From contig CAXXLX010000001.1 in NCBI GenBank assembly GCA_963665235.2, forward strand, positions 4,224,001-4,288,000: DNA of 64,000 nt, in the 5' to 3' direction. A program made the position numbers and the translations under genes. Of this stretch, positions 30,131 through 40,488 are shown piece by piece. Source of the DNA: Candidatus Poribacteria bacterium. GTDB taxonomy: Bacteria > Poribacteria > WGA-4E > WGA-3G. Position 1 is the first letter of the stretch, and each line of letters begins with the position of its first letter. The notes under the pieces are model-generated. The model had not been told where the DNA came from. It saw only the letters and a program-made list of their open reading frames with translations, and ran no database searches.

Positions 30131-31516
30131 TCAGTCTTGTAGATTACCTGTTTTTCTTCGCCTGATAGCAAGCCCGAACACAGCAAAACCAAAGAACGTA
30201 AAGGGCATCTGCCACAATAGAAAACTCATGTGTGTATGGATGTACGAATGCGCCTTGAAAATTACATACCACGATAAGGGGGCTAAAATTGAAAACCACG
30301 TCGTAAGGATTAACGCAATGTTGTGCTGTCGTCGCGTTGCCAGCTCCTCCTTATTGCTACGCAAAAACAGGAAAACAGACGCTCCTACAAAGAGAACTAT
30401 TAGATAAGAATAACGGACTTTCAACAGAAAGTTAGAGACGAAGGCACCAGCGTGAGATAGATAGTTGTTGAGATCGAAGAATATACCGTTCACGTAGGTA
30501 ATGACCACCCCCATTGTCCCCGCTTTTAGACTGGCAGCATATATCTCAGGAAAACCTCCCGCATCTCCGTACGTTCGTTTTTCGAGAGAATAGACCACAT
30601 GCATAAGTCCATCAACGAAACCTGTTCTCACAGCCCCTATCTGGAAACATAACATTGTGAGACTCAACAAAATTGCCACCGCTGAACCGACTCCAGCTGC
30701 AAGTGTCCACTTCAAACATTTGCGCCTGTCCCATCTCTCGAGAACGGCATAATAGATACACGGTGTCATCATCATTATCAACGTAGTTGTAATGTATTCG
30801 TAACCGTTGATGAAACACTTAATAGAAACAGCGATGAAAATCAGAACACCAAACTTGATGAACTGACGGTTCGTTGACACGTTGCGACGTTTAAGGAAGG
30901 ACATAACAACAATCATCGGCAGGTAGAACGCCCAAAGACTCCACCAAAGATTCTTACCGAAGACCGTCAACCATTGCGAAAGCACAGCCGACACAACGAC
31001 AAACACAGCTGCCCAGCCCCCAAACTCATCATAAAACCAACCTATAATTGCAGCCAATGCTATTGCCGTGAGTAGAGCCGTTAGCACATAAAATAATCCT
31101 AACTTCATTTGCGGAGATAAGGGGATAAGTCTATCCAATAGACTGAAAATCATTCCTTGCCCGCCAGGTTGCGACATGTACGTTGAGAATTCATCGAAGG
31201 AGAGCCCGTTAAGGTAGGCTATATATTGTCGGTCGAGCTGTGATGAAGATATCCATTGCTGCTGGATATCATGCGTAATACCTGCACCGTTCAGGCCACC
31301 CGCCGAGAAGATGCCATCTTGGTGAGATTTAACCATCCTGCCTATAATAAGACTTTCGGTGTCGCGCTGATGCCCATCAAACCACTGCTGTTCAGCGATA
31401 CGCCAGGCGTTAGCGTAAAAACCGAAAAATAGGAGGACGATTGACATCCCCCAAATGGAAATTTTCCTTACGCGCTCCGATCGAAGGAGATGTTTAAGTT
31501 GTTGTATAGTAAACAT
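30131..31516 (-). CDS. Polytopic membrane protein, possibly GT-C-like
   Basis: About 10 hydrophobic segments; NGYEY and HSYIH motifs. Confidence 0.65.
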   Translation of the reverse strand: MFTIQQLKHLLRSERVRKISIWGMSIVLLFFGFYANAWRIAEQQWFDGHQRDTESLIIGRMVKSHQDGIFSAGGLNGAGITHDIQQQWISSSQLDRQYIAYLNGLSFDEFSTYMSQPGGQGMIFSLLDRLIPLSPQMKLGLFYVLTALLTAIALAAIIGWFYDEFGGWAAVFVVVSAVLSQWLTVFGKNLWWSLWAFYLPMIVVMSFLKRRNVSTNRQFIKFGVLIFIAVSIKCFINGYEYITTTLIMMMTPCIYYAVLERWDRRKCLKWTLAAGVGSAVAILLSLTMLCFQIGAVRTGFVDGLMHVVYSLEKRTYGDAGGFPEIYAASLKAGTMGVVITYVNGIFFDLNNYLSHAGAFVSNFLLKVRYSYLIVLFVGASVFLFLRSNKEELATRRQHNIALILTTWFSILAPLSWYVIFKAHSYIHTHMSFLLWQMPFTFFGFAVFGLAIRRRKTGNLQD

Positions 31517-31643
31517 GTCGTTGTGCTCACTGTTGCCGTAGAATTTGCTGCTCTAACCAATAGCTATATACTGATAATCATTATACCACTTTCCCGCTCA
31601 GCAGTCAAATTTGATTGATTTCTATTTCCAATCGTGCTATAAT

Positions 31644-31797
31644 AACCTAAGTTGCCACATAGTAGCATAATCTTCCAGATTGTGCATATTTGTGTGCAAA
31701 TTGGAAGTGAACGAGACAAATATTAGCTAATTATCAGCATATTTTCATTAAAGAAGGTGTTTCCAGGTCTAAAAACTTATAAGTAGCAACTTGGGTT
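31644..31797. mobile_element. 154-bp MITE, copy 1
   Basis: Terminal inverted repeats AACCTAAGTTGCCAC / GTAGCAACTTGGGTT; 5-bp target duplication ATAAT; near-identical copy at 51155. Confidence 0.88.
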
Positions 31798-31833
31798 ATA
31801 ATACCCAAAAATAGAGAGAGCGACTAATTTGAC

Positions 31834-32784
31834 ATGAAACACACCGATTTTATTGAAGCACTTTCCACAGACGACCTAACCGCTATAAAGGCAGCTGCCA
31901 AAACGGATGTCCACTCTCATGTTTTTTTAAGCACGCGTCTAGAGAATGCGGAGCAGTGGCTGGGATACTCGCTAACCAAACCGCCCCTCAAAATGTCAGG
32001 GCTCGGCGGGATGATGGAATACATAGACACGATTTTAGCCCCCCACTTAGAAAACCGTAAAGGTTTCGAGTTCATCTCTGTTTCAGCAATAAATGATGCA
32101 CTCCAAGATGGCGTTGTTATACTTGAAACGAGTTTTGATATCCGGTTGGCTAAGCTGTATCCAGATGGATTGACCGAAGTTTGCGCATTTATTGAAATGT
32201 TAGTTGAGCGATATCAGGCACAGCTTGATTTGCGTCCAGAACTCGGTTTTGCAAGGGAGTGTGCTGCCGACCCAAAGTGGATGACACTGGCACACGAAGC
32301 AATAGAATTGGACATATTCCACTCAATCGATCTGTATAGTCATGAGGAAGCATGCACGCCTGAAGCTGTCCAACCCTTATACAAAAAAGCGCGCGCTGCA
32401 GGGATGAAACTGAAAGCACACGTCGGGGAATTTGGTGGTGCAGAAGAGGTCCGGCGAACAGTTGAGGTCCTTGATTTGGACGAAGTTCAACACGGTATCG
32501 GTGCCGCAGAATCGACAGAAGTGATGCGGTGGCTTTCCGAGAATCAAATTCGGTTGAATGTATGTCCAACCAGCAACGTAATGTTGGATGCTGTATCGGA
32601 ACTCACCGCGCATCCCATCCGCATCCTATTTGACAACGGTGTCCCCGTGACAATCAACACCGATGACCTGATAGTATTCGGGCAGAGCGTCTCCGAAGAA
32701 TATCGGAACCTCTATCGCGCTGGAGTCTTCAGTGCTAAAGAGTTAGACGATATTCGCCGCGCGTCCCTCATTTCTCTCTGTTAA
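31834..32784 (+). CDS. Adenosine/adenine deaminase family protein
   Basis: DVHSH, KAHVGE, QHG, CPTSN, INTDD. Confidence 0.88.
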   Translation: MKHTDFIEALSTDDLTAIKAAAKTDVHSHVFLSTRLENAEQWLGYSLTKPPLKMSGLGGMMEYIDTILAPHLENRKGFEFISVSAINDALQDGVVILETSFDIRLAKLYPDGLTEVCAFIEMLVERYQAQLDLRPELGFARECAADPKWMTLAHEAIELDIFHSIDLYSHEEACTPEAVQPLYKKARAAGMKLKAHVGEFGGAEEVRRTVEVLDLDEVQHGIGAAESTEVMRWLSENQIRLNVCPTSNVMLDAVSELTAHPIRILFDNGVPVTINTDDLIVFGQSVSEEYRNLYRAGVFSAKELDDIRRASLISLC

Positions 32785-32830
32785 TGCCAATTTTCTAGTA
32801 TTCGGACAAACGGTTCCTCGTTCCTAACAT

Positions 32831-33135
32831 AACGGGAGTTTGAAAAAAAGTTTTGACCCAGTATGAGGAGCGGACTGTGTGCCCCAATATTGGGCAAAAG
32901 GTTCCCTGCATCTTAGTCCCAGTATTCGGGCAAGCAGCCCGCTCTTTAAGGACGATATCTTTATAGAAGCAGCCGTTTCCACCCCGCATCTTAGTCCCAG
33001 TATTCGGGCAAGCAGCCCGCTCTTTAAGGACGATATCTTTATAGAAGCAGCCGTTTCTGATCCACTCATTCCGCTTTTTTCGGAGAACCTCAAAAATGTT
33101 TAGAGAAAACGGATATTTATTATCAAGCTCACGTT
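32831..33135. mobile_element. 305-bp MITE of a second family with an internal 78-bp tandem duplication
   Basis: Ends AACGGGAGTTTGA / TCAAGCTCACGTT; 5-bp target duplication AACAT; internal repeat starts at 32908 and 32986. Confidence 0.8.
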
Positions 33136-33194
33136 AACATAAGCACTCGTAGTAGGCCAATTCATTGCCCGTTCGCACAAACCCCTTTTTACCC

Positions 33195-33301
33195 GAGCCA
33201 ATTGTAGCTGCCGGAGAATCAGTCAATTTTAATTTTGACAAAGTTCTTGGAATGTGGTATACTTTAAAACGTAGTTTCAGAGGTTTTGCCAATACTGCTT
33301 A
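33195..33301 (+). promoter_or_regulatory. Promoter-leader cassette, repeated at 34739-34844
   Basis: TTGACA..TATACT followed by CGTAGTTTCAGA..TTTGCCAATACTGCTTA, conserved in both copies. Confidence 0.7.
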
Positions 33302-33458
33302 TTTGTTAGAAAAGAGGCAGTTTCTCCACGTGGGCTTGCCGACAATTTTCTGCTTGGCAAGTAATCGGTTTTAGGAACGCTATGCCTGAAGGCGAATTGT
33401 TCTTAATTTAAATGGGATGTGTTCGTTTCAATATTTCCAGAGATAAACGGAGGAAATC

Positions 33459-34082
33459 ATGGCGATAAGTGCTGTCCAAACATACCTTAGCCCAGAAGAA
33501 TACATCGCTTCAGAACGTAAAGCAAAACCTGACGCGAACACAGTCAGAAATGAATATATTCAAGGTGAAATTATCGCTATGTCCGGGGCAAGTTTTACAC
33601 ATAATCTTATTAAAGGGAATATCTTTGTTCAACTTCACAATCGTTTGATAGAAAGCAGCTGTGTCGTTTTCGCCAATGAAATGCGTGTCGGTATCCCTTC
33701 AGCAAAATCCTACTTTTACCCTGATGTAGGCGTCGTTTGTGATGAACCGCGCTTTGAAGACAATGTTTTTGACACACTCCTGAACCCGATTGTTATTGTA
33801 GAGGTCCTCTCTCCAAGCACCGAGGGCTATGATAGAGGTGAAAAGTTCTCGCGCTACCGACAGGTCGCTTCCTTGAAAGAATATATCCTTGTTTCACAAG
33901 ATAGCGTGAACGTTGAACGTTTTCTGCGAAAACGTGATGATTGGAGTTACACTTTCTTTCAAGGACTTGAACAGCAACTTCCGTTAACGTCTCTTGAGTG
34001 CGAATTCCCCTTGCAGGAAATATACAAGCGCGTCACATTTCCTGAAACGTCTGAGGGCACTATATGTACTACTCAGGGTTGA
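33459..34082 (+). CDS. Uma2-family endonuclease
   Basis: YFYPDV, VEVLSPST, EYILVSQD. Confidence 0.9.
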   Translation: MAISAVQTYLSPEEYIASERKAKPDANTVRNEYIQGEIIAMSGASFTHNLIKGNIFVQLHNRLIESSCVVFANEMRVGIPSAKSYFYPDVGVVCDEPRFEDNVFDTLLNPIVIVEVLSPSTEGYDRGEKFSRYRQVASLKEYILVSQDSVNVERFLRKRDDWSYTFFQGLEQQLPLTSLECEFPLQEIYKRVTFPETSEGTICTTQG

Positions 34083-34107
34083 GGCTTTTCTAAGACCTAC
34101 AAGCATT

Positions 34108-34440
34108 ATGTCTGAAGTGAATATACAAACAATCCGCAATAGAATTCGCGGAGATAAATATCTTACAAAGCCTCATGCTGTGCAACATGCTTTGAAAGAG
34201 GGTTTTGAACGTAAACATATAGTTGAAGCGATTCTCAGTGGCGATATAATCGAAGAATATCCAGACGCGCAGCGAGTTTTAATTTGTGGGCGCGCGCACT
34301 TAAGCAATATCACAATTTACCTGCATGTTGTTTGTGAATATGCCCACCAGGACTATATCGAATTTGTGACAGCTTATATTCCTGACGAAGTTCAATGGGA
34401 ACCTCCAACCTTCAAGCGTCGGAGACGCAGAAAGAGATAA
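34108..34440 (+). CDS. DUF4258 toxin-like protein
   Basis: HA..., G.IIEEYPD, LHVVC, VTAYIPD..W. Confidence 0.82.
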   Translation: MSEVNIQTIRNRIRGDKYLTKPHAVQHALKEGFERKHIVEAILSGDIIEEYPDAQRVLICGRAHLSNITIYLHVVCEYAHQDYIEFVTAYIPDEVQWEPPTFKRRRRRKR

Positions 34441-34443
34441 ATT

Positions 34444-34707
34444 ATGACATCTAAACCGATTCCAATCTGTGCCCAACACAACACAGAAAGAGTATGGAAG
34501 CAAACTGTATTTGAATATAACGAAGATGGCATATCCGTTCGAGTCCAGAACGTTTGGGCGTGGGTTTGTCCTGAAGATGGCGAAGCCACCTTCACGCCAG
34601 AAACGGTTGACGCATTGATCGTAACTGTTAGAGAACTCGTTGACACCGCCAAACGTGCTAAAGAACGGTCTCCCGCGTTAACCGAATATGCTGTTGCCGT
34701 TGGATAA
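34444..34707 (+). CDS. YgiT/MqsA-type zinc-finger antitoxin-like protein
   Basis: VQNVWAWVCPEDGE..FTPET; directly follows DUF4258. Confidence 0.78.
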   Translation: MTSKPIPICAQHNTERVWKQTVFEYNEDGISVRVQNVWAWVCPEDGEATFTPETVDALIVTVRELVDTAKRAKERSPALTEYAVAVG

Positions 34708-34950
34708 AATTCGTTGTAGTGCCTCCTAAGGGAAACCTGAGCCAATTGTGGCTGCCGGAAGATTTGTGAATTTTAACTTGACAAAGTTTTTGGAATGTGG
34801 CATAATTTAAGACGTAGTTTCAGAAGCTTTGCCAATACTGCTTAGCTCATGTAAGGAATGAAAACTATTGTGACCATTCTCTTCATTAAAAACAATCGCA
34901 CACACCTTTTACATGGGCGTGAAAACATACCATGAAAAGGAGGTATACAG

Positions 34951-35181
34951 ATGGGAATTGTAGTTAATATCCTTTCTAATGCTCCGGTGTCTTTTGAAAT
35001 TCCTGATCCTACGGCGGATCCATTTGTGGATAACAATCAACAATTATCACATGAGGAATTTAAAGCACTCTTAGATGCGTTAGCGGTCCTAAGTATGAAA
35101 TTTACGGGGCCTGATACCCAACCATTATCCGATTACGCAGTGAGTCGGGAGGGGATATACGAAGGTCATCCAAAATTATGA
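34951..35181 (+). CDS. Putative antitoxin
   Basis: LSDYAVSREGIY tail; overlaps the PIN start. Confidence 0.68.
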   Translation: MGIVVNILSNAPVSFEIPDPTADPFVDNNQQLSHEEFKALLDALAVLSMKFTGPDTQPLSDYAVSREGIYEGHPKL

Positions 35182-35305
35182 TTTATCTGGTTGATACCAA
35201 TGTTTTGTTGCGAATTACACAGAGTGATGATTCACGTCATCAAATTGCACAAGATGCCGGGCAGAAATTAGAGGTAGAAGGTCATCAATTAACGAGGTGT
35301 AAACC
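35178..35305 (+). pseudogene. Truncated VapC/PIN toxin
   Basis: YLVDTNVLLR N-terminus only; the frame then runs into the convergent gene. Confidence 0.65.
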
Positions 35306-35491
35306 CTATTTTTGTTTTTCGACGCGAAGCCATTCATTGACCAACGTTTCCACATCTTTGCCTGTCTCGTCAGCGAGTTTTCGCATGAATTCATAAACAT
35401 CTTCCGCCAAATAGATAGGAAAATTAAAAGTGGCTTTCGGATTGTAGAATTTACCACGTTCTCCTTTTGAAAAGTCATATTCTGCTTTCAT
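35306..35491 (-). CDS. Solo BrnA/CopG-like antitoxin
   Basis: MKAEYDFSKGERGKFY, VETLVNEWLR. Confidence 0.75.
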   Translation of the reverse strand: MKAEYDFSKGERGKFYNPKATFNFPIYLAEDVYEFMRKLADETGKDVETLVNEWLRVEKQK

Positions 35492-36879
35492 TGAACCTCA
35501 CCTTTCTTAATCTCTTTTTTTTCAAAGTATAAATTTCTAACTCGGTCACCTGTCAGTCTAAATCCCGCAACGTGTCCAGCGTCATCCCGCGTGAAATGAA
35601 TCTTTGGAAAAAACCAGGAATCCCCGTGGAAATGACCATCGGTATAAGTTAGCAATATATCATCGTGCCGTATATGTTGCGCCACAAGTTGATTTCCGTG
35701 CACGCGGATGCTGTAGGTTGTATCGAGTTCTTCCGTATAATAGGCCCCCTCAAATTCTGTCAACTGTTCCGGGGTTAACGTTTCAGACTCGGCTTCTTCA
35801 GCAGATTCTATCGCTTTCTCTGGCTCGGACACTTCTACCGGAGCGAGGACATCGGCAAGATAGACATCAGCAACCTTTTCCGCCAGGCGAAGTGGCTTAA
35901 AGGTGTCAAGATTGCACAAGATGACAACGCCAAATTTCTGAGCTGGAAACCGCATCAAGTGGCTCCGAAATCCGCGCCACGACCCGCTATGTCCGACCGT
36001 TTTCAACCCTCTATATTCACCGATAGTCAGTCCAAGTGCATAACTAATCTGTTCCCCGTTGTTTAGCACACCGCGCTGGTGCATCTGTTCAATTACTGTC
36101 TGTTCACCAATCTGTGTGTCGTCAAAATTCAGAATCCATTTTGCTAAATCCTCTACCGTTGAATAGAGAGAACTTGAACCGAGAGCAGTCGTCATATTGA
36201 CCGCATGCTTAAACCCGCCATTTTCGACAGAACGATACGAATACGCTCGGTTTTTCAGAATCACTTGGTGGTCATCGTGAAAGTGGGTGTTTGTCATCGC
36301 GAGCGGCTTGAAGATGTGGGTGTCTGTCCATTCTCTGAAGGTGTTTCCAGTCACCCTTTCGACAATTTCTGCAAGCAGGTTATAACCCGTATTGCTATAT
36401 GAATATGCTGTTCCCGGCTCGAAATTGAGTGCCTTCTGATGCCGCACCATTTTCAAAATGTGTTTGAACGAAATCACATCCTCCATGGCAACTCCCGCGA
36501 TAACAAGGGATTGTACCCAATCCCGTAGTCCGCTAGTGTGATGGAGTAGGTGCCGGATTGTGATTGTGTGTCCAAAATCCGGAACATCGGACAAGTACGT
36601 TCGGATATCGTCATTCAGTGAAAATTTTCCCGCGTGTGCTAAAGTGGCGATGGCAAACGCCGCAAATTGCTTAGACACCGAAGCGATATCGAAGACAGTT
36701 ATCGGTGTGATAAGAATATCGTATTCCAGATTCGCTGTCCCGTAACCCTGTTTATAGATGACCTTACCGTCTCTGGTAACCGCTATGGCGGCACCAGGGG
36801 AGTCAGCTCGATTCCATTCTGCAAACAGCTGATCGATTTTTGCTTCGAGTGTCTCGCGAGGTGTCATAATCAGGGGCAT
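35488..36879 (-). CDS. Serine hydrolase (AmpC/beta-lactamase-like)
   Basis: SVSK, YSN, HSG motifs. Confidence 0.9.
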   Translation of the reverse strand: MPLIMTPRETLEAKIDQLFAEWNRADSPGAAIAVTRDGKVIYKQGYGTANLEYDILITPITVFDIASVSKQFAAFAIATLAHAGKFSLNDDIRTYLSDVPDFGHTITIRHLLHHTSGLRDWVQSLVIAGVAMEDVISFKHILKMVRHQKALNFEPGTAYSYSNTGYNLLAEIVERVTGNTFREWTDTHIFKPLAMTNTHFHDDHQVILKNRAYSYRSVENGGFKHAVNMTTALGSSSLYSTVEDLAKWILNFDDTQIGEQTVIEQMHQRGVLNNGEQISYALGLTIGEYRGLKTVGHSGSWRGFRSHLMRFPAQKFGVVILCNLDTFKPLRLAEKVADVYLADVLAPVEVSEPEKAIESAEEAESETLTPEQLTEFEGAYYTEELDTTYSIRVHGNQLVAQHIRHDDILLTYTDGHFHGDSWFFPKIHFTRDDAGHVAGFRLTGDRVRNLYFEKKEIKKGEVQ

Positions 36880-37086
36880 TTAGTTCTCCATATTCTCGCT
36901 CGTTTTCGTTTTTGATCGTGCTTTCTTCTGTAGGAGCGAGCTGTGCTCGCGATATTATACAAATTATACCATTTAAATGCTTAACCTGTCAACAGTATCG
37001 TTTTGAAGTTGACAACTGCTCAACATTATGATAGACTGTGACATCAAAAGGGAATCAATCCCCAATGTGCAAAAAAGGAGAAAATT

Positions 37087-37407
37087 ATGTACGTTATCAT
37101 TGCACCAATTCAGATTAAAGAGGGGCACAGAGAGGCGTTCGTCGAAGCGATGCTGGACGACGCGAAAGGCTCCATTGAAAACGAACCCGGCTGCCTGAGA
37201 TTCGATGTAATTCAGGACGGCGGCGACCCAAACCGAATTTGGCTTTATGAAGTCTATGTAGACGAGGCAGCGTTCCAAGAACATCTCAAAACCCCACACT
37301 TCATTAAGTGGCGGGACACCGTGAAGGACTGGTTCGCTGAGAGCGACTTTAAAGGCGCAGGCGGCGGGAGTTCCAATATTTACCCGCCAGATGACGATTG
37401 GAAGTAG
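37087..37407 (+). CDS. ABM/LsrG-like quinol monooxygenase
   Basis: EPGCLRFDV, LYEVY, HLKTPHF. Confidence 0.87.
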   Translation: MYVIIAPIQIKEGHREAFVEAMLDDAKGSIENEPGCLRFDVIQDGGDPNRIWLYEVYVDEAAFQEHLKTPHFIKWRDTVKDWFAESDFKGAGGGSSNIYPPDDDWK

Positions 37408-37472
37408 AACAATTTTTGGCATCAGATATATCTTCAGGCATTCGCGCACACCGCCTGGGATGGAGGTTCAAA

Positions 37473-38246
37473 ATGAGACAGATCATTCTCTATATTTTGA
37501 GCGCAGCGTTCATTTTCACTTTTCCTTTTGCCACCGAGGCGATTAAGGACGACGCACTGGTCCTTTACCTCTCATTCAATGAGGGAAACGGGCAAGCTGC
37601 CAAAGACCTGAGCGGTAAGGGGAATGATGGCACGCTCGAAGGCGATGTCAAATGGGTGAAAAACGGAAAGTCCGAATCAGCAGTATCTTTTAGTGAGCAG
37701 ATTCAGCAGGGAGTCGTGGCAGTCAAAGCCTCTAATAGCCTAGCGATTACCAAGAATTTAACCATGGCGGTATGGGTACACCCCGAAAGTATCGGCGATT
37801 ATCGCAACCTACGCGGGCAGGCGGACCCTCACACATACTATCTGAGTATCCATCAAGGGAAACCTTCGGTCTGGATTGGTAGTCCCGGCGCAGGCGGACG
37901 CACATGGAACAGCGCAAAGAGCGATATTCCGCTTAATAAATGGTCGCACGTCGCCGCGGTTTACGAATTCGATAAGGAGCTTCGGTTTTATATCAACGGC
38001 AAACTTGATAAAACCCATAAGTTGGAAGGCGAAATTCCCACTTCTCAAGGAGCTCACTGGTTCGGTAACCGCTTAGATGGCGCGTGGCCCTACAAGGGGA
38101 TGCTTGACGAATTTGTTATCTATAATCGTGTCTTAACTGAAGCCGAAATTCAGCAGGATATGACAGAGGTTTTGAGCGTGTCACCGTTGGACAAAGTTGC
38201 AACGACTTGGGGGTTGCTCAAGAGAGAAGATAGGAATGTTCACTAA
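37473..38246 (+). CDS. Secreted LamG protein with KVATTWG tail
   Basis: Signal peptide, WSHVAAVY, LDEFVIYNRVL; tail VSPLDKVATTWGLLK. Confidence 0.85.
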   Translation: MRQIILYILSAAFIFTFPFATEAIKDDALVLYLSFNEGNGQAAKDLSGKGNDGTLEGDVKWVKNGKSESAVSFSEQIQQGVVAVKASNSLAITKNLTMAVWVHPESIGDYRNLRGQADPHTYYLSIHQGKPSVWIGSPGAGGRTWNSAKSDIPLNKWSHVAAVYEFDKELRFYINGKLDKTHKLEGEIPTSQGAHWFGNRLDGAWPYKGMLDEFVIYNRVLTEAEIQQDMTEVLSVSPLDKVATTWGLLKREDRNVH

Positions 38247-38478
38247 ACTGACCCCCCATCTGTTTACTTGGGCGGAAATTCACGGGGCATCGCGGAATCA
38301 GGCGTATAACTGGAATAGTTTTCTCGTGCAAGACGAAATCAACAGTGCCCGAGTCCTGATCGATCCATTGCCACTCTCGGAAAGTGAAATTCAATGGCTT
38401 GATAAACTTGGCGGACCAACGCATTTAATGTTAACTTGTACCTATCATGAAAAACCTTTCCGGGAGGTGTCCGAATGA
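38236..38478 (+). pseudogene. N-terminal fragment of an MBL-fold hydrolase
   Basis: VLIDP and HLMLTCTYH, then ends after about 80 aa. Confidence 0.5.
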
Positions 38479-39308
38479 ACGAAGAAATCTGTTTCAGCTC
38501 AGAAGATCAACAGTTCGTTGATCGAGCCAGGGATTTTTGTCAACAAATGGGTGAACGTGCTGTTCTCATGTTGATTGGGAGTCGTGCGACTAATTTTGCC
38601 GATGGATGGTCGGACCTTGACTTGTGTATCATTGGCAATAAATGTCACCTTTCCGATGAAGAGCGGGAGACTTATGAACAAAGTTGGCAACTCTTCGTCG
38701 ATAGAGGTGATTTTGAGGCACACTATTCATTTTATGATGAAAGTGACCTGCGGGCGTGGTTGGAGACGTGGCCAGATGAGATGATGTGGGTCATTGCCAA
38801 TTCGAAAGTTCTCTACGGTTGTTCGAGTACTGCTGAGGAATTGAAGCATCGCTATTGTGTGTATCCCCCAGCAGTCGCGGAGCGGAAGTTGAAGTGGATG
38901 TTCGGCAAGTATTATTTCTCGCAGCGCGGTCCCTTGGCTATGGCAGCTCGAAATAAGGTGGAAACGGCATTTGTTGCCGTTGGAAACGTTATAGAGTATC
39001 TCTGTAAAATGTGCTGTGTCGCTGAGAGACAACCGTTTCCGTACGAAAAATGGGTGGTTGAAGCAGCGAAACGAACACAACTCGGCGCAATGGTATATCC
39101 ATCAATTCGACGAGCGGTAGAGGGCATAGCGGACTTTCGCGAGCCACCAGCCGGCCATAATTGGCGGGACTGGGCACCGGTGAAAGAATTACGTGGGACG
39201 TTACCGATTGTTCAAAGCGGACTGAAAGAACTGGGTTGGGTTGGCGATTGGATTGACAATCCGAATGCAGCTTACTTCAATGAGACAGCCAGGCGACCCA
39301 CGCCCTAA
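38475..39308 (+). CDS. Nucleotidyltransferase-fold protein (DUF4037-like)
   Basis: GSRA...D.WSDLDL and PFPYEKW. Confidence 0.72.
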   Translation: MNEEICFSSEDQQFVDRARDFCQQMGERAVLMLIGSRATNFADGWSDLDLCIIGNKCHLSDEERETYEQSWQLFVDRGDFEAHYSFYDESDLRAWLETWPDEMMWVIANSKVLYGCSSTAEELKHRYCVYPPAVAERKLKWMFGKYYFSQRGPLAMAARNKVETAFVAVGNVIEYLCKMCCVAERQPFPYEKWVVEAAKRTQLGAMVYPSIRRAVEGIADFREPPAGHNWRDWAPVKELRGTLPIVQSGLKELGWVGDWIDNPNAAYFNETARRPTP

Positions 39309-39387
39309 ACACCAATCTCTGAATGAACGTTCCCGAGCAGCGGCACTACGGCTCGGTTTTAAATTTGGTGGAACAGAGGAAACAACA

Positions 39388-39663
39388 ATGAGCGACTTAA
39401 AACAGTATGTCGAAAAGCGTAAAGCCAGAGACCCTGAGTTTGCTGAAAATTACGAGACCGGTTATTTGGAGTTCAAAATCGGTGTTCTGCTTCGACAAGC
39501 TCGTGAAGAGGCAGGCTTAACCCAGGAAGAGGTAGCGCAAAAGTTGAATACCAAGAAATCTGCTATCTCAAGGATGGAAAACCACGCAGAAGATGTTAAA
39601 TTGTCAACTTTAGGAAAGTACGCAAAAGTGCTTGGAAAGAAGTTACATCTATCAGTTAGATAA
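39388..39663 (+). CDS. XRE/HigA-like HTH protein with no toxin partner
   Basis: AREEAGLTQEEVA..KSAISRMEN. Confidence 0.85.
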   Translation: MSDLKQYVEKRKARDPEFAENYETGYLEFKIGVLLRQAREEAGLTQEEVAQKLNTKKSAISRMENHAEDVKLSTLGKYAKVLGKKLHLSVR

Positions 39664-39674
39664 GGAGAACATTC

Positions 39675-40472
39675 ATGAGCAAATTCAGACTCGCCTGTCA
39701 CCTCATACAGTTTGGCGGGGAACAGCGAGAAAATCCGGAAAAAGTGTTACGCGAAGTCGCCGACGCGGGCTGGGAAGGTGTCGAAGGATTACCAATTGCA
39801 GATGCGACGCAGCTCGTTGAGATGGCAACGGTTGCCCGTAGCCTCGGACTCCATATCGTCAATGCCGGTGGTGCTGGACTTGACAAGATTAGGTTTAACA
39901 TCACCCTCGGCAACGATGCAGCAGAAGTTCCCGCATTAGGCCGTGGCGCATGGGGTGGTGCGAATCCAAGCGATGCCGATTTCGAGAACGCCGCCCGAAC
40001 CTTAGACGACATACTCGCTTTCTGCGATGCACATCACATCAAGGGGTTCCACCATGCACATCTCGGCACATTGATTGAGACGGTCGACGATGCGGAACGG
40101 CTTCTCGCAGTAGCCCCGAGTCTCTGGCTGCTATTCGATACAGGCCACATGCTGGCCGCGGGGAGCGACCCGATGCAGGTCTTTGAGAGCGAAAATTTAC
40201 GGAATCGGATTGGGCATGTCCACTTGAAAGATTGTCACGCGGATGACCCCGAAACTTGGGACTATAGAACACAACGGTTTGGCGAGAAGGCGCGTTTCGC
40301 GGAACTTGGTGCAGGAAACCTAGGGCTTGATGTCAAAGCCGCGCTTGAAGGCCTCGAGGCCGTAGGTTATGATGGATGGGTGTCTGTCGAACTTGACCGG
40401 CCGTACCCTCCACGACCGCCAGCCGAAGCTGCGGTCGTAAATCGCGAATACCTGCGGGGTCTCGGATATTGA
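39675..40472 (+). CDS. Sugar phosphate isomerase/epimerase (IolE-like TIM barrel)
   Basis: FDTGH, HVHLKD, YDGWVSVELD. Confidence 0.87.
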   Translation: MSKFRLACHLIQFGGEQRENPEKVLREVADAGWEGVEGLPIADATQLVEMATVARSLGLHIVNAGGAGLDKIRFNITLGNDAAEVPALGRGAWGGANPSDADFENAARTLDDILAFCDAHHIKGFHHAHLGTLIETVDDAERLLAVAPSLWLLFDTGHMLAAGSDPMQVFESENLRNRIGHVHLKDCHADDPETWDYRTQRFGEKARFAELGAGNLGLDVKAALEGLEAVGYDGWVSVELDRPYPPRPPAEAAVVNREYLRGLGY

Positions 40473-40488
40473 ACGGAGACACATCACC

